Positions 1 to 12,612 of a DNA stretch of 64,000 nucleotides are shown here, in pieces. The first letter of the stretch is position 1. Each line of letters begins with the position of its first letter. The DNA is from Epiperipatus broadwayi. Taxonomy: Eukaryota > Animalia > Onychophora. The notes beneath the pieces were generated by a model that saw nothing but the letters and a program-made list of their open reading frames with translations, had not been told where the DNA came from and did no database searches. A program made the position numbers and the translations under genes. The DNA lies in the NCBI GenBank assembly GCA_028023455.1, contig JAQFVV010000007.1, forward strand, positions 12,152,001 to 12,216,000, in the 5' to 3' direction.

Positions 1-376
1 TCAAAAGTTCCAAAAATGTACTTTATAAAAATTAAAAAACAAATCACAGACTAAGATATATCTGTGACAAGTATCAGTTTTAATTTCAGATCGTTTACAT
101 ATTCCACCAGCAATACACACTTTATTTGGCTCTATTTTTGGATAAACATTAGTGAACAATCAACTATATTCAAATAATATCGTAAATATTGCTCATTAAT
201 TGATTGAATGCTTTGATCCAACAAATCAATTCATTATGTATATATTCCAGTGACAAAGCACGACCTTTTATAAATGGAAGCATATTTCTTTTTTATAATG
301 TTTTTATTTCACTTGCCACAACAATTTTTACATACTAGCACCTAATATATATATATATATTAATTCTAATGTTTAA

Positions 377-381
<5 letters not shown>

Positions 382-434
<53 letters not shown>
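382..434. repeat. (TA)n microsatellite
   Basis: Pure AT dinucleotide run; it explains the IYIYIY ORF at 369-551. Confidence 0.98.
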
Positions 435-437
<3 letters not shown>

Positions 438-1551
438 CATACACTAGAAAAATCTGAAACTTTATTATCTGTAAATCAAAGAATATATTATCAATATATT
501 TTTATCTTCCAAATCCTTTTCACATTCTTAAAAGTTTTAACTGTAAATTAGATCTTAGCATTGTTTGAATTTCTTATAATCAATGAGAATGTGAGAATAA
601 GTTAGTTGACTTCATTTACAATCCCTATGTATATAAAAACAATTCAACAGTTGGTAAAAAAAAATTGAAAGTGATTTTTTAAAATTGAATTTTAATTAGA
701 GATTTTGAAAGTTTTAGTGAATTTTTCTATGGAAACATTCATTCCATTCAATACATGGATGCTTGGTCCCTGATATATACATATATGCACACACATTGAA
801 AGTGTATTTAGTTTACTTAATTTCATTTAATATATTTTATTCTCTGTTGTGGTATTTTCATATTATTAATAATGGCAGAGTAGCAGGACTTTATATATAT
901 CACATTTGATCAAAATACTTTCCTTGCATTTTCCTGAAAATATAACTTTATATTGCTTCTTGATTTGTGTAGGATTTCATTTAAATTACTTTCTTTTTTG
1001 GTCTGTTTGTCAGGTTCAAATTTTTAAACTTGATTTTCACCTACTTATCAATTTTTGATCTAGATGGAACTTTGCATACCTATATATCTCTGATTATAAT
1101 ATAATTTTAAAATTTTGTGAACAATTTTAGACAAAAATTAATGAAACCTAAATTTTATTAAATTAATGAAACCTTTATTTTTTTAATAGTTATATAATAT
1201 GGACACTGACAGTGTCTAGGGACACTCCCTGTAATTTAAAACTGAATGGTTAGTTAAAAATGATTTTGACAATTCAGTGTTACATAAGGCTAAAAAAATA
1301 AAGAAATCCTTTCATTCACAGAAGCACACTAAAAATAAAATATATATTTTCTTCAGTTTTTAAAAATAAAAGATGTGGTAATTATGTTTAGAAATAGTTT
1401 ATAATTTCCAGATCAGATTTCTCAAAAAACTTTAAAATAAACTTACAATTGAAGTCCATTTTATGTATCAATACCAACCTATTCATCAGATAAAAAATGT
1501 TTTTTTTTACTTATCTGACAAGTGTATTGATATTTATCTGATTTGTGACTT

Positions 1552-3630
1552 CATCATCATCAACCATTGTCAATACACTGCATAATGAAGGTCTCCAAGT
1601 TCAATCCATCTTTTCCTATCTTTAGCTTCTCTTCTCCACACCACCCCTGCACACTTTCTTATTTCATCCATCCATCTCACATGTGGTCTCTTTCTGGGTC
1701 TTTTACAATCTCTTGGAATCCAATTTAAAATTTCAATTGTCCATCTATTACCATCCCTTCTAGCAATAGTCTAGCCCAACTCCACTTCAGTCTTTTAATT
1801 TTTTCAATGAGGTCACTAACACCTGTTTGTTCTCTTACCCATACATTGCATTTTCAATCTCTTCTTGTTACTCCCAACATGCATCTCTCCATACTTCTTT
1901 GAGTGGTCTGAAGTCTCTGTATTGCTCTTCTATTAAGTCTCCAAATCTCAGATCCATAAGTAAGAACTGGCAAAACACATTTATTAAAAACCTTTCTTTT
2001 CAAACACATAGGCATAATTCATTTTAGTATCAAGTTATTTCTACCAAAAGCACTCCAACCAAGTTTAATTCTATGATTAATTTCATCAATTATGTTTCCA
2101 TCTGTATTAATAATCTGACCAAGGTATTTGTAACTGTTAACTTCTTCTAACTCATCATAATCAATCTTTATTTTCATATTTTGAAAAAAATCTATTAAAC
2201 ATCACTTTAGTCTTTTTAACATTTATCTTTAGTCCTACTTTCATCTGATAACTCTTAACAATTCCTGTGACTCTAAAGCATTATTTGCAAAAACAACCAC
2301 ATCATCTACAAAATCTAAATGACTTAAATAATGTCCATTTACATTCACTCTTTTAACTTTCCATTTTAATCCACAAAATACTTTTTGCAGCACTGCTGTA
2401 AAAAGTTTTGGAGATATGGAGTCACTCTGTCTTACACCCTTTTCAATGTTGACTTTCCTACTATCATTATGTAATCTAGTTGTTGCTGTTGCATTTTTAT
2501 AAATATTCTTTAAAATATAACAATATCCTGGATCTACACCTTGACAATCCAATGCTTTAGTCACTGAAGAAATGTTTATAGAATCAAATGCCTTTTCATA
2601 ATCTACAAATCCTAAGCATAATGGCAACTCATATTCATTTGTCCTTTCTATAACTTCTTTCAATACATGGATATGATATACTGTACTAAAACCACTTTTA
2701 ATTCGAGCTTGTTCTCTTGGTTGGTGGAAATCCAGTGTTTTCTGTAGATGAGTTGTAATTATCTTAGTAAAAATTTTGTATAAAACTGATAAAAGACTGA
2801 TAGGTATGTAATTTCTAATATCTTTGTTATCACCTTTTTTAAATATTAATATTAATACTGCATTCTTCCAGACATCTGGTACATCTTTATCATTTAGACA
2901 TTTGGTATATAACTTTGCTAAAAAAAAAATTCTATTTCTTCACCTGTTTCTTTCAATATATCAATTATAATTCGACCATTACCTGGAGATTTCCCTTTTT
3001 TCATAAATTTAATTGCATGTCTCACTTCCTCATTCAAAATTCTGGGCAATTCAGAAGATATAATATGTATAGGAGACACTTGTTTTTTATTACTATATAA
3101 TTCTTGATAGAAGTCTTCTACACATTTCATGATGTCATTTTTTTTTTAGTAATAATTCCATCTTTTTTTCTTATTACAGATATAAATTTCCTACCAATAC
3201 CAAAATGTTGTTTTACACTCTTTAAACTTTTATTCTCTTCTACAGCTTTCCTTGCTAGTATACTTTGTTATATCATTTTCAACTCTTTTCTACACCATTT
3301 TACAAAATTCGAGATATTCAATCTTTTTTAATGCATCATTGTTGTATGTCCTCATCCTTCTTTTTTTCATAAATTCTCTAGTCTCAGTAGAAATTTTATT
3401 GGTCAATTGCTGCTTTTTTCTTCCAGCTATCTTTGTTGCAGTTTTTAAAAGTGTATCAGTTATTTTCCTGTTAATGTCATTCAAATCTGATTTATGTTCA
3501 AAATCTACTAATACTTAAAACTGATTTGTAAGTTCTAATTTAAATTCATTAGAATGTTTCTGAAAATTAGGAATATCAACTGTAAATATTGTTTTTTTTA
3601 ATATTTTTTGCATACTTTATTTATGGTCTT
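1552..3630 (-). mobile_element. 5'-truncated, decayed RTE-clade LINE (reverse transcriptase region and 3' end)
   Basis: ORF 2241-2663 carries RT motifs (FVDYEKAFDS, KGVRQSDSISPKLF, YLSHLDFVDDVV). Fragments 2918-3130 (MKKGKSPG) and 3290-3484 are the pre-RT linker. A (GAT)n-type tail reads tcatcatcatc at ~1552. Many stops and frameshifts. Confidence 0.93.
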
Positions 3631-4455
3631 GCTGAAATTGTTAAAATCTAATTTCTATTTATGTAAAGTATAACTAAGAATATTTCTAAATATGATCACT
3701 CCCATCTTTTATTTGTGAAAGGAAAAGTAAATTTTATTTTATTGAAGTTGAAAATTTATTTGATTGTTTACTTGTTAATTCATTAGAAGGTAGTATAATG
3801 ATTTTTTTTCTTTCAATTTAATAACATTTTCAACAATTTAAAACAGAAAAGTTACTTACTGATTTCTTATACATACATAATTCCACCTTTATTGATAAAA
3901 GAAGGTTGCCTTGACAACAGTTTGAATTATTGATTATATTGATATTAGGATTGTCTAAGTGCTGACTGGTTCTTAAAGATACATAATTATGTACACATAC
4001 TAAATATGATATATACATAAATATTAATTTACTTCAGAAATATGTAATGATATATATATGTATATATATGATATTGATTTAAAATAAATTGTATGTATTA
4101 AAAAAAGTCCATTTATAATATAGTTTTGGTAAACTTTTTTTTTTCAAATTTCCAATCAGAGTAAAAGTGTTAAACACTTTACACTTAAAAGAATATTTCA
4201 TATTTTTAATCACTTATAAACATGTTTATTATTTTGCACACATATCAAATATGATATATACAAAACAAGTATACATTGTAACCTATAGCAGAAATATCTA
4301 GTGATATATATATTTCAACTATATAGTTTTATATCTTCATTTATTATGCCAATACTAAAAACTTAAAAACTAGAGATATTTTTTAATTATTAAATTCTTT
4401 TTATTGACTGTGAACTAAAAATATATTTGTTTGTTCAAACACAATTGAGGTATTT

Positions 4456-4580
4456 AGATTTAACTTGAAATAAAAGCTTGAGGGAATCAGAAATTAATTA
4501 AGTCAATCCCTATTTTTAATAACAAGGGATTGACTTAATTAATTTCTGGACTTCCCATGCCTTTATTTCAAGTTAAATCT
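4456..4580. repeat. 125-bp fold-back palindrome (MITE-like)
   Basis: agatttaacttgaaataaa...tttatttcaagttaaatct and cagaaattaattaagtcaatccc...gggattgacttaattaatttctg form inverted arms around a short spacer. Confidence 0.85.
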
Positions 4581-4636
4581 AAAAACTGTGATTGTAGTTG
4601 AATATATATATATATATATATATACATAAATGTATT

Positions 4637-4676
<40 letters not shown>

Positions 4677-4730
4677 AATACATTTATGTGAATAGAAACA
4701 TTTTTTTCAAATATATATTTAAATACAAAT

Positions 4731-5880
4731 ATATTTTCTATACTGAACATAATGTAATTAGAAAAGATTTGAACTCAAACTTTCAAGCTCCTTATATCTA
4801 TCCACTTCATTGTATACAACTTATACACATGACCCCACACATGTGAAAAGAATAAATAATCTTCAATATACATATTTCATGCTGAACCAGCACTCATAAG
4901 TTGGTCCAAATCATAATCTTCCCCACACATACATAATCAGTGCTCTGTTTATATTGAGATAGCAATTCATTATATTTTAATGGATAGGCTTCTTCAGCCA
5001 TCCATAGCATTGAAAATCTGATGACGGAACTCTCAAAGTGATTTCAATATGATTGCCATATACATAGTGACATTATATAATAACTTGTAGATTTATGACT
5101 TTACGCTTGTCCAAATCATGATATTATTAAATAGTGCTATCACACTTTTAACGTAAAGCTGTATAATTAATATCAATTATGCTAATAGAATGATTTCAAT
5201 GAACAAGTCAGAACTGGCCATGATTATGAGAAGTTCAGTTTCTCAAAAGTGCTCAGCCATTTTAATTGACTAATTGATATTAATTATACAGCTTTATGTT
5301 ACAAGTGTGAGCACTGTTTAATATTATCATAGTGACATTATGTAATTGTGACCCCTCATGTATAAGATCTTAATATATCTATTTAAATACACAGATGGAT
5401 AGGTAGAATACAGGCTGAAAGTGTAATATTTAAATGCAAGTATATTTTCTATATTGAACATAATGTAATTAGAAAGAATTTGGACTCAGACTTTCAAGCT
5501 CCCTATATTTATCGACTCTATTCTCACCCAACTTATACACATGATCACATACATGTAAAAAAGATAATATTGGCACTAACAACGAATTTGAGAGTTCCAT
5601 CATCAAATGTTCAATGACCTGGATTGCTGAAGAGTTGGAAGGTGAAGAAGACTGAAGCCTTTCTATTAAAGTATGAAGAATTGATATTTTAATATAAACT
5701 GAGTACTGATTATTTATGTGTGTGATAAATGATCTGAACCAACTTCTGGATGCTGATTCAGCATGAAATATTATATATTGGAGATCATTTATCTTTTTAA
5801 CATTTATGTAGCCATGTGTATCAGTTGTATAAGATGGGGTGGATAGATGTAGAGATGTTGATAGTCTGAGTTCAAATATA
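4731..5880. mobile_element. Composite repeat: ~712-bp-period direct repeat plus ~290-bp inverted copy, with a tRNA-like A/B-box segment
   Basis: 4731-4860 is repeated at 5443-5565, and 5585-5880 is the reverse complement of 4760-5040. The segment has a B-box-like gagttcaaat and an A-box-like tgtatcagttgtataag. Further short copies lie at ~49985-50040 and ~58520-58590. Confidence 0.7.
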
Positions 5881-6879
5881 TATATATGGTAAAACTACAT
5901 TGAACCTCTTGTAATTATTCATTTAAGACTTGAAACAATCTATTTAATTAAATCCTAGAAAAAAAAGTTAAAAATGATATTTCAAATTAGTATTTCTCCT
6001 TTTTTAAAAAAAAAAAAAATATATGAGTTCATATATTCTAAAAAGATATTGAAATAATATTGAACCTATGTCAATACCATATATATTTAAATGACCTCCA
6101 GATATATTGTCAGAACCCATTGTTTTTTTAAAAAATAAATGATTGTCTTAACTTTACCAAGCTGGATGTTTTGATCATAGGTATGCAAGTTACTAAAATG
6201 AGCATATAATTAAGAGCACTTCATAGAATTATTTAAATAAAACAAATTAAAGATTCTCTGGAATTCTGCCACAGAGAAAGATGATAGGTAATATTCATCA
6301 GAGTTGTGATCTTTTAATTACTTAAGACTTCGACCATCTCATTAAAGCATCTATTTCTTTTACCAATGCTTGGATTGCTAGATAAATCTGATATGGATTA
6401 TATCCATGGTTCATTCCCTGGCAATAAAACTTACATTTGGACATCCTCTGCTATTTGAAAACGTTTTTATGTTTCACCTCAATTTCAAATTCAATGCCTT
6501 AAGCATTATCAGAAAACATGTCAGCTGTTGTATTGTGACACCCTTATAATAATTATATATTCCATTTCTCAGTGCCAGGTTGAATACAACAGTTTTATTC
6601 AAAAAACTACTCTAAGATTTCAATGTAAAAGTTCTTAACTTTCTAAGTCCATCATTTTGCATGGTTTAGTGCAGTGGTGTTGTGGCAGATTGTGGAGCAT
6701 AAAATCCTCGAACCGATTTTATTTTGGTACTTCCAGCATTCAAACTTCTTTAAGAAATCCCACAGCAATAAAAACCTCATTGATATAATTTATTATAATT
6801 GATCCATTAAATATTCATAGCATTTCATATTTTTTCCTAGTATATATAATCTGTTTATTATTATTGCTGTTAAAAAGTC

Positions 6880-6988
6880 GAAAAGTTATGTGACAGATCA
6901 GAAGGACAAGCTGATCTTTGACCTATGAACTTTAGCTTTCGACCCTATCAATTTAACACAGTCTCAGACCGCACAGGTCTGAGACTAG
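6880..6988 (+). mobile_element. Possible non-autonomous Helitron/Helentron 3' end
   Basis: Perfect hairpin agtctcagacc-gcaca-ggtctgagact ending in CTAG followed by T. It is preceded by a tttgacct motif of the kind seen in invertebrate non-autonomous Helitrons. CpGs are retained. Confidence 0.5.
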
Positions 6989-7906
6989 TTATTAGCTATA
7001 ACTAATAGATTAGTTATTAGCTATAACTAATAGATATTTGTTTTCATTTTCTTTTTTACTAATACAATAAAACAAGTCGATTTGGCACCATTTCATCAGA
7101 GTGTAAACACAATTAGCAATTAATAATTTGCTCTTTGTGATTTGGTGCAGAGCTGAAGGTTAGGACTCAAGCGAAAGATTCTCGGATCGATTCCGATTCG
7201 CTTATTTATTGAATTGACTGCAAACGGAAGGCTTTCACTTAATAAGATTGATAAGATTTTTTTGCTCATAATCAAAAAAGATTTTTCAGAGTCAATAAAC
7301 TTACTTTTCAACGGAAAATTTATTTTTTTAGTATATAGATAGATGATTTATTACTTTTCATGTTATCATAATTATTTTTTTATTATCTTAGTCTGCTAGT
7401 ACCTAGAAAGGGTCAAAAATTAATTAGCTTATCCTCGAGTATTAAACATCCGAATTTATTTATGATAATAATGGGCAAAACAGTTATTTTTTAAGGATTT
7501 AATGTTCTGTAAATATTAATCAAATTAAGATTTGATACTTACACATTGTATTTTTTTTTATGTATTTCTAACACAGTGTTATTTTCATTTGAATTTCTAA
7601 TAACTAAAATGATGCCTATCGGTTCTTTCTTAAAAGTCTCCACCTTTTTTCTCTTTGTATACTGATTTGTGGAGCCTATAGTCATTAACTTGGAAGTTCA
7701 TTTCCTAGGGATTCCTGGAAATAAATACAGTCTTTCATTAAAATTAATTACAGGTATAAGAACCTACCTCACCCTACATTCAGCTAGTCATTGTGTCAAG
7801 CACACACATAGAAGTCTCTGACAAATGACCCGTCTGCCACAAAAATAGGCTTACTATTACTAACAAGCCTGCTGTTTGTTCACGTCTCTGTGAAGTCCAT
7901 GCCATG

Positions 7907-8050
7907 TCAGCTGTCCTGCTGTCCTGGCGGTGACATACAGGTCAAACTAAACCACTCAACAGAAGGTCTATTAATACTTGTTTCAATGGCTTCTGCTTGG
8001 GCAATCTCTGGACAATAATGAATTTGTTCTTCTGCGTTTTCTGAGGAAAT
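7907..8050 (-). CDS. Candidate terminal coding exon, product unknown (ISSENAEEQIHYCPEIAQAEAIETSINRPSVEWFSLTCMSPPGQQDS*)
   Basis: Acceptor ttctttttatag, 47 open codons then TGA, in a GC-richer CpG-retaining patch. No family recognised. Confidence 0.3.
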   Translation of the reverse strand: MSSENAEEQIHYCPEIAQAEAIETSINRPSVEWFSLTCMSPPGQQDS

Positions 8051-8698
8051 CTATAAAAAGAATTTCTCACCCCTTTATATTGCATCACTTGTTTTAATTT
8101 GTTGGGAAGTCAAAGAAATTAAAGTTGCTTTTGTACGTTACTTCTCTTTACTGGTACTTTGAAAAAGACTGACATTTGTTTTCATTTATTTATTTTGAAG
8201 AGTTTATTTCTCTTACTTTTAATTTTAACCTTTTTGTCATTATTAGTTCCATAGAATTTTAGCAGTTTTGAAAACGGGATCCATTGGAAGATGTGTTTCG
8301 ATCACGTGTTTAAGAAAAGCTTTAAAAGAAAATTTACAATATAGAAGTCCATTTAATGTACACCTTAACTTTTTAGCCGCTTATTGATTTATTGAATGAT
8401 TTAAAAGATTATAGATTGAGAAAATCAATACCCAGCTGGCTAAGAGAATAAAGCTTTATCAGCAGTGTCCATGCACTTTCTAAACTAGGACCTTATAATT
8501 ATAAAAGATTATCTCATTACAAAGAAAATGAATAACAAAAGCAGTTCTCTTGAATGCTTTCTCACGTGATTTACGTTATTATTAACCCTTTTACTTCCGA
8601 TAAAATTAACAGCTCTGTTATTATTTAATTACAAAAGTAAAAATAATTTGTAATTTAAAAACTTATTGTTGGTGTCATAGGTAGTCTCTTTTTTATTT

Positions 8699-9133
8699 TT
8701 ACTCTTTATATAATGAGTTATCGCACGGGAGTTCGTAAAAAGTTTGAAAAGTGGACGTGGCGGAGCTGGGTTTAATCCATGGAGAGTTATTTCCAAAGTC
8801 TGCCAACCCAAAACAGAGTACTTTATATGTAATATTAGTTGGATAACAGCACATCTGTTCATTTATAAGTGTAACTGTGTGATAATAAATTACAAATGAA
8901 GAATAAATATTTATGAGATAAATAACTGACCCCATAGAATTCAACATATATAAATGTCGAGAGATGTCAGCAGATCTTTGTATGCAGTACATTTTTAGTA
9001 CCGCTACCATTCTATATGAAATGATTGATAAACAAACCTGCAGTAGATATACAATTTTGATAATACTTTCCTCTGTTAGATACCTTGGGGCACTGCCAAC
9101 AATTTGCACAAATATAAGATGTGCTAACCTATT
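8699..9133 (-). CDS. Unassigned ~144-codon open frame (possible exon, hydrophobic N-terminal half)
   Basis: ORF-track entry 8699-9109 stays open to ~9133. It is non-repetitive, unusually long for this base composition and retains CpG. No motif confidently recognised. Confidence 0.3.
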   Translation of the reverse strand, partial: NRLAHLIFVQIVGSAPRYLTEESIIKIVYLLQVCLSIISYRMVAVLKMYCIQRSADISRHLYMLNSMGSVIYLINIYSSFVIYYHTVTLINEQMCCYPTNITYKVLCFGLADFGNNSPWIKPSSATSTFQTFYELPCDNSLYKE

Positions 9134-9194
9134 TCATTTTCGAAATATGTAGGTGAAAGAACAAATAAGTATCATTGACTTCATTGAAAAAATT

Positions 9195-9475
9195 TAAAAA
9201 ATGCTAAACATGGTACTAGAAAAGATGATAATAGATAGACCTTTGAAATGTTATTCTTGATCCAAAGAGATTGCAAAAGACATAGAAAGAGACATCATGT
9301 GAGATGGATAGATGAAGTAAGAAAGCTTTCTGGTGTGATATGCAGAAGAGAGAGTTGAGATTAATAAAGTGGATTCTGGTAAAATATGCAGAAGAGAGAG
9401 TTGGGATTAATAAAATTGGATTAAACTTGGAGAGACCATTCTGCAGCGGATTGACACTGGTTTAAAATCATGGCA
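9195..9475 (+). mobile_element. RTE LINE 3'-end remnant
   Basis: ccaaagaga...gagatggatagatga...ttggagagaccattctgcagcgga matches the reverse complement of the RTE 3' end at 1560-1760. Contains an internal duplication of atatgcagaagagagagttg. Confidence 0.7.
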
Positions 9476-10369
9476 GATAATAATGGTAAATCAGGGCATT
9501 ATAAAAGCTTAGCAGTAGGCAACTTGAATCCAGAATCTCCACATGTGTTCTTGGAGTTTTACATGATCAACCTAATGAATAGACAAATTACATTATAAGC
9601 AAATTACTCAGCACTATTAAAATAAAGAGAACAAGTAATATTTAAACTTATACATCTTAAAATGCACTATACTATTTCAGTAATGCTATGAGAATGCTCA
9701 CTTTCAAATACTATTACCAGTTTTAACTATAGAGGGAGCCACAACATCATTAGACACTTTTGTCTGATGATTTGAGAGAGCTAATTAGCTACATACCTCC
9801 ATTTCAACCATTAATATTTTCTATGATTCAGTTTTATAAGTGTGAGTTCTGTTGGACAACTGATTTTGTTTAACTAGAAAGTTATAACAAGAAGAGAAGT
9901 GCATAAATAGAAACAAACTTGATCTCTACTTGTTTGATTAATGGTATAAAGAATTTCCAAGTAAACACAATTTATTAAGCATAGAAAAGTAATACAATAA
10001 TGAGAATAACAAAAATAGAATGAAATATGTTTGTTAACTGCGTTTGTGTGTAATAATAATAATAAAAAAATTGAATCTATTTACCTACTTGACATCTATT
10101 GATGTTTTTACCTGATTTGTAGTTATACTTTTTAATTTTATAATTTAATTATGGATTCTCTGTTTTTTCACTTGAATTATAATTAAACTATTGTTTAGAT
10201 TTTTTATTTTATGAAAGAATTAAATGAAGCATTTGCATATTGTTTACATTTATGAACAGTTGTTGCACATTGTTGCTAGACACTTTGATACAAATAATAT
10301 GAAATCTGAAGGTTTAGTATGAAATTTACCACCATGTATTTATACCGGCAGCACTGTCCAAACATTTTG

Positions 10370-10955
10370 GTAAGATGCATTGATAAAGAATAGAGAGTTG
10401 GAGAGATGGAGAACTAGTATGGAGAGTAAAAAGTGTTTAAATACATATAGAAGTAAATGGAACATTGGGTGCAAGTTAATTTATGATAATAGCAAGGAAA
10501 TTAGTTTATTGTTTAAGGCTTGAATGGGATCTTTAGCAACAAGGGAATATACATGTAAATGGAAAAATATGGATGATTTAGTTTGCAAGTTGTGTAAGGA
10601 AGGCATAAAAAATATTAGGCTTCTGTTAATTCAATGTAAATGCTTGAAAGCAGAAAGGATACAAATAATGAAGTTATGAAAGAATAAATTTGAACAAAGT
10701 GATTATACAGAAAGTGCGTTATTGGTTTTATGCTGGGTTTAGAAAAAGATAAGGGAGATTTAGATATGAAAGCCATGGAGTTGATAATGATTATGTTGTA
10801 GAAATGGGATGGAGCAGACTATGAGAAAACTTAGGGTGGGGAATGGAAATGGAAGATAAAGTGGCTAACAGGTTTCTCGGGGCATAGTTGCTGAGAGATT
10901 CCTGACTTCATATAAGGAGGTCACAGTGCATCACACCACACTTCACATCACATAA
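10370..10955 (+). mobile_element. L2-group (Daphne/Crack-like) LINE 3' end
   Basis: Decayed frame WRTSMESKKCLNTYRSK...IYDNSKEISLLFKA*MGSL...CKLCKEGIKNIRLLLIQC with a C-terminal CCHC-type finger, ending in a (cacat/catca)-like tail. Same family as 33590-34335. Confidence 0.75.
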
Positions 10956-11300
10956 GATTTCATAACCTTGTTATCTTAGTGTCTCACACCTGTGTTCTTG
11001 TTGATGTGTTGCTGTTTTTTTGATGAGATATGTATGTTATTATTATTGCCTGTTTTTTGTATGCCACCACAAGAATTTTAGAGTTTAAATTAGATCAATG
11101 AACAAAGATTACAATTTTTTGTTATTTAAACATTAGACTATTTCCACCATCTAATATTAATATTGAATGTATTTAGAAAAATTTTAACTTTATTTAATAA
11201 TTCCAAAGACATTTATCTGTTAATAATTCACACATATTAGTATATGTTTCGAGAGATATTATTCTCCTGTTTTCTTCAGATATTTCTAGCCTGGTCAGTG

Positions 11301-11616
11301 GCAGTACTAACATGAGAATCCAACCTGAACCCTTAAATTCTTGAATATTAAAGTTTAAGGTGACACTGTAACCAAGGGCAGTCCTAGCATAGGAATTAAA
11401 CCTAAACCCTTAGATTCTTGAATATTGATTTGCAAGGTAATGCTCTAATCAATTAGTTAGAGCATTACCTTAAAATTTAATATTCAAGAATCTAAGGGTC
11501 TAGGTTTGATTCCCATGCTAGTACTGTCTCTCATGTTCAGTTGGTTAGAGGATTACCTTAAAGTTCAATATTCAAGAATCTTTACTTCCAGGTTCATTTC
11601 CAATTCTAGTACTGTT
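11301..11616. repeat. Four ~86-bp tRNA-derived units in head-to-head arrangement (two minus, two plus)
   Basis: Unit tcagttggttagagcattacctt...aatctaagggtctaggtttgattccc has A-box and B-box-like motifs and a tRNA-Lys-like 3' half. Symmetry centre ~11452. Confidence 0.7.
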
Positions 11617-11839
11617 ACTGCTCATGCTAGCAACACTTCCAGAAGAAGGGATAATAATTCCTCTTAAAACATTGTGCATATACTAACCTGTGTGTTATTA
11701 CTAACAGTTGAAGGTATTTGGAATATTTAAATAAAGTTAATTTTTTCTAAAGATATTCAATACTTATATTAGATGATGGAAATAATTCAATATATAAATA
11801 TAATTAAAATTTCTTGTGAAACTTAGTTAGAGTTGAAGT

Positions 11840-12350
11840 GAAATTAGAGTGGTATTATCGCAAATTTATAGAGATAATGCTATGAAAAAAAAGCAGTGTG
11901 CAAATGGACATGTTTATTGAGGGCTAAGAAAATCTCAAAGATGAATAAAAATTAGGCAGCCAATAATGAGAAGAATTGATAAAAACAATACAAAAAAATT
12001 ATTAAACTATGCAGCAAAATTATCAGCTTTGAAAACTATAGCAGATAAAAAAGACATCAATAAAGATACAATTAGAAAAATCTCAACAGAAAACCTTGGC
12101 ATGGGAAAGGTATCTACAAAATGGTCCCAAAGGAGCTCATTGTCTGAGAAAGAATTTTCAGGCAGTAGACAAATAATTGTATTGAAACATGTTTTCTATT
12201 CACCAGAACTTGACCTCAGTGGACTTTTTTATACAAAATTAAAGATAATATTGAAAGGAAGATATTTCAGAAAAAAAGTTTAAAATTGCTTAGAATGGTG
12301 AACTAGGTGCTAGCATCAGTGCATAGATTCCCAGCTGAATACTTCAAAGA
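11840..12350 (+). mobile_element. Internally deleted mariner transposase remnant
   Basis: YRDNAMKK (HTH region), LGMGKVSTKWSQR (decayed WVPR motif), FYSPELDLSGLFYTKLKIILKGRYF (decayed YSPDLAP motif) and CIDSQ-EYF C-terminus. The catalytic core between them is missing. Confidence 0.85.
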
Positions 12351-12509
12351 TGAACATAGTGGTATTCAGAACTAAGATATGTAGCACCCTTTTTAGTATG
12401 AATTGATGAACATAATTGTCAACATTTTTATAAATTGTTTGCTCATACTTTTGTTTGATGTGGATAATAAATGGTAGAATTATATACAAATATAGTTTAA
12501 CAATTACAA

Positions 12510-12612
12510 ACAATGATGAAAGCCACAAGCTAGAAACTTCTTTGGGATATTGGTTGAGTAAACGCTAAATAGGGATTATATGCACAAACCTTTTTGTATC
12601 CATTGATTAGTA
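12510..12612 (+). mobile_element. Fragment of HHR element family A with degenerate hammerhead
   Basis: aATGATGA-aagc-cacaa-gct-aGAAA-cttc-tt-tgggatattgg...gggattatatgcacaaacc...atccattgatta aligns to 23040-23140. Confidence 0.65.

Noticed and set aside
369-551. IYIYIY-rich ORFs (also 4568-4750 and 14551-14784)
   Set aside because: (TA)n microsatellite translations.
2915-3518. Plus-strand hydrophobic ORFs at 2915, 3104 and 3252 (also 1827)
   Set aside because: Antisense shadows of the RTE element.
4456-4580. GAAA-ttaa-tt in the palindrome arms as a hammerhead half
   Set aside because: No CUGANGA-like core at the required position.
5008-5052. ctgatgacggaactctcaaag as a hammerhead
   Set aside because: Stem II does not pair in either copy (here or the inverted copy at ~5590-5610), GAAA is absent, and no stem III palindrome fits.
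8740-8790. Plus-strand GRGGAGF (NuoF/NDUFV1-like) and minus-strand LADFG (kinase DFG-like) motifs
   Set aside because: Short isolated matches with none of the surrounding family motifs.
11454-11535. Functional tRNA gene
   Set aside because: No acceptor stem or proper anticodon arm could be folded; treated as a tRNA-derived repeat.
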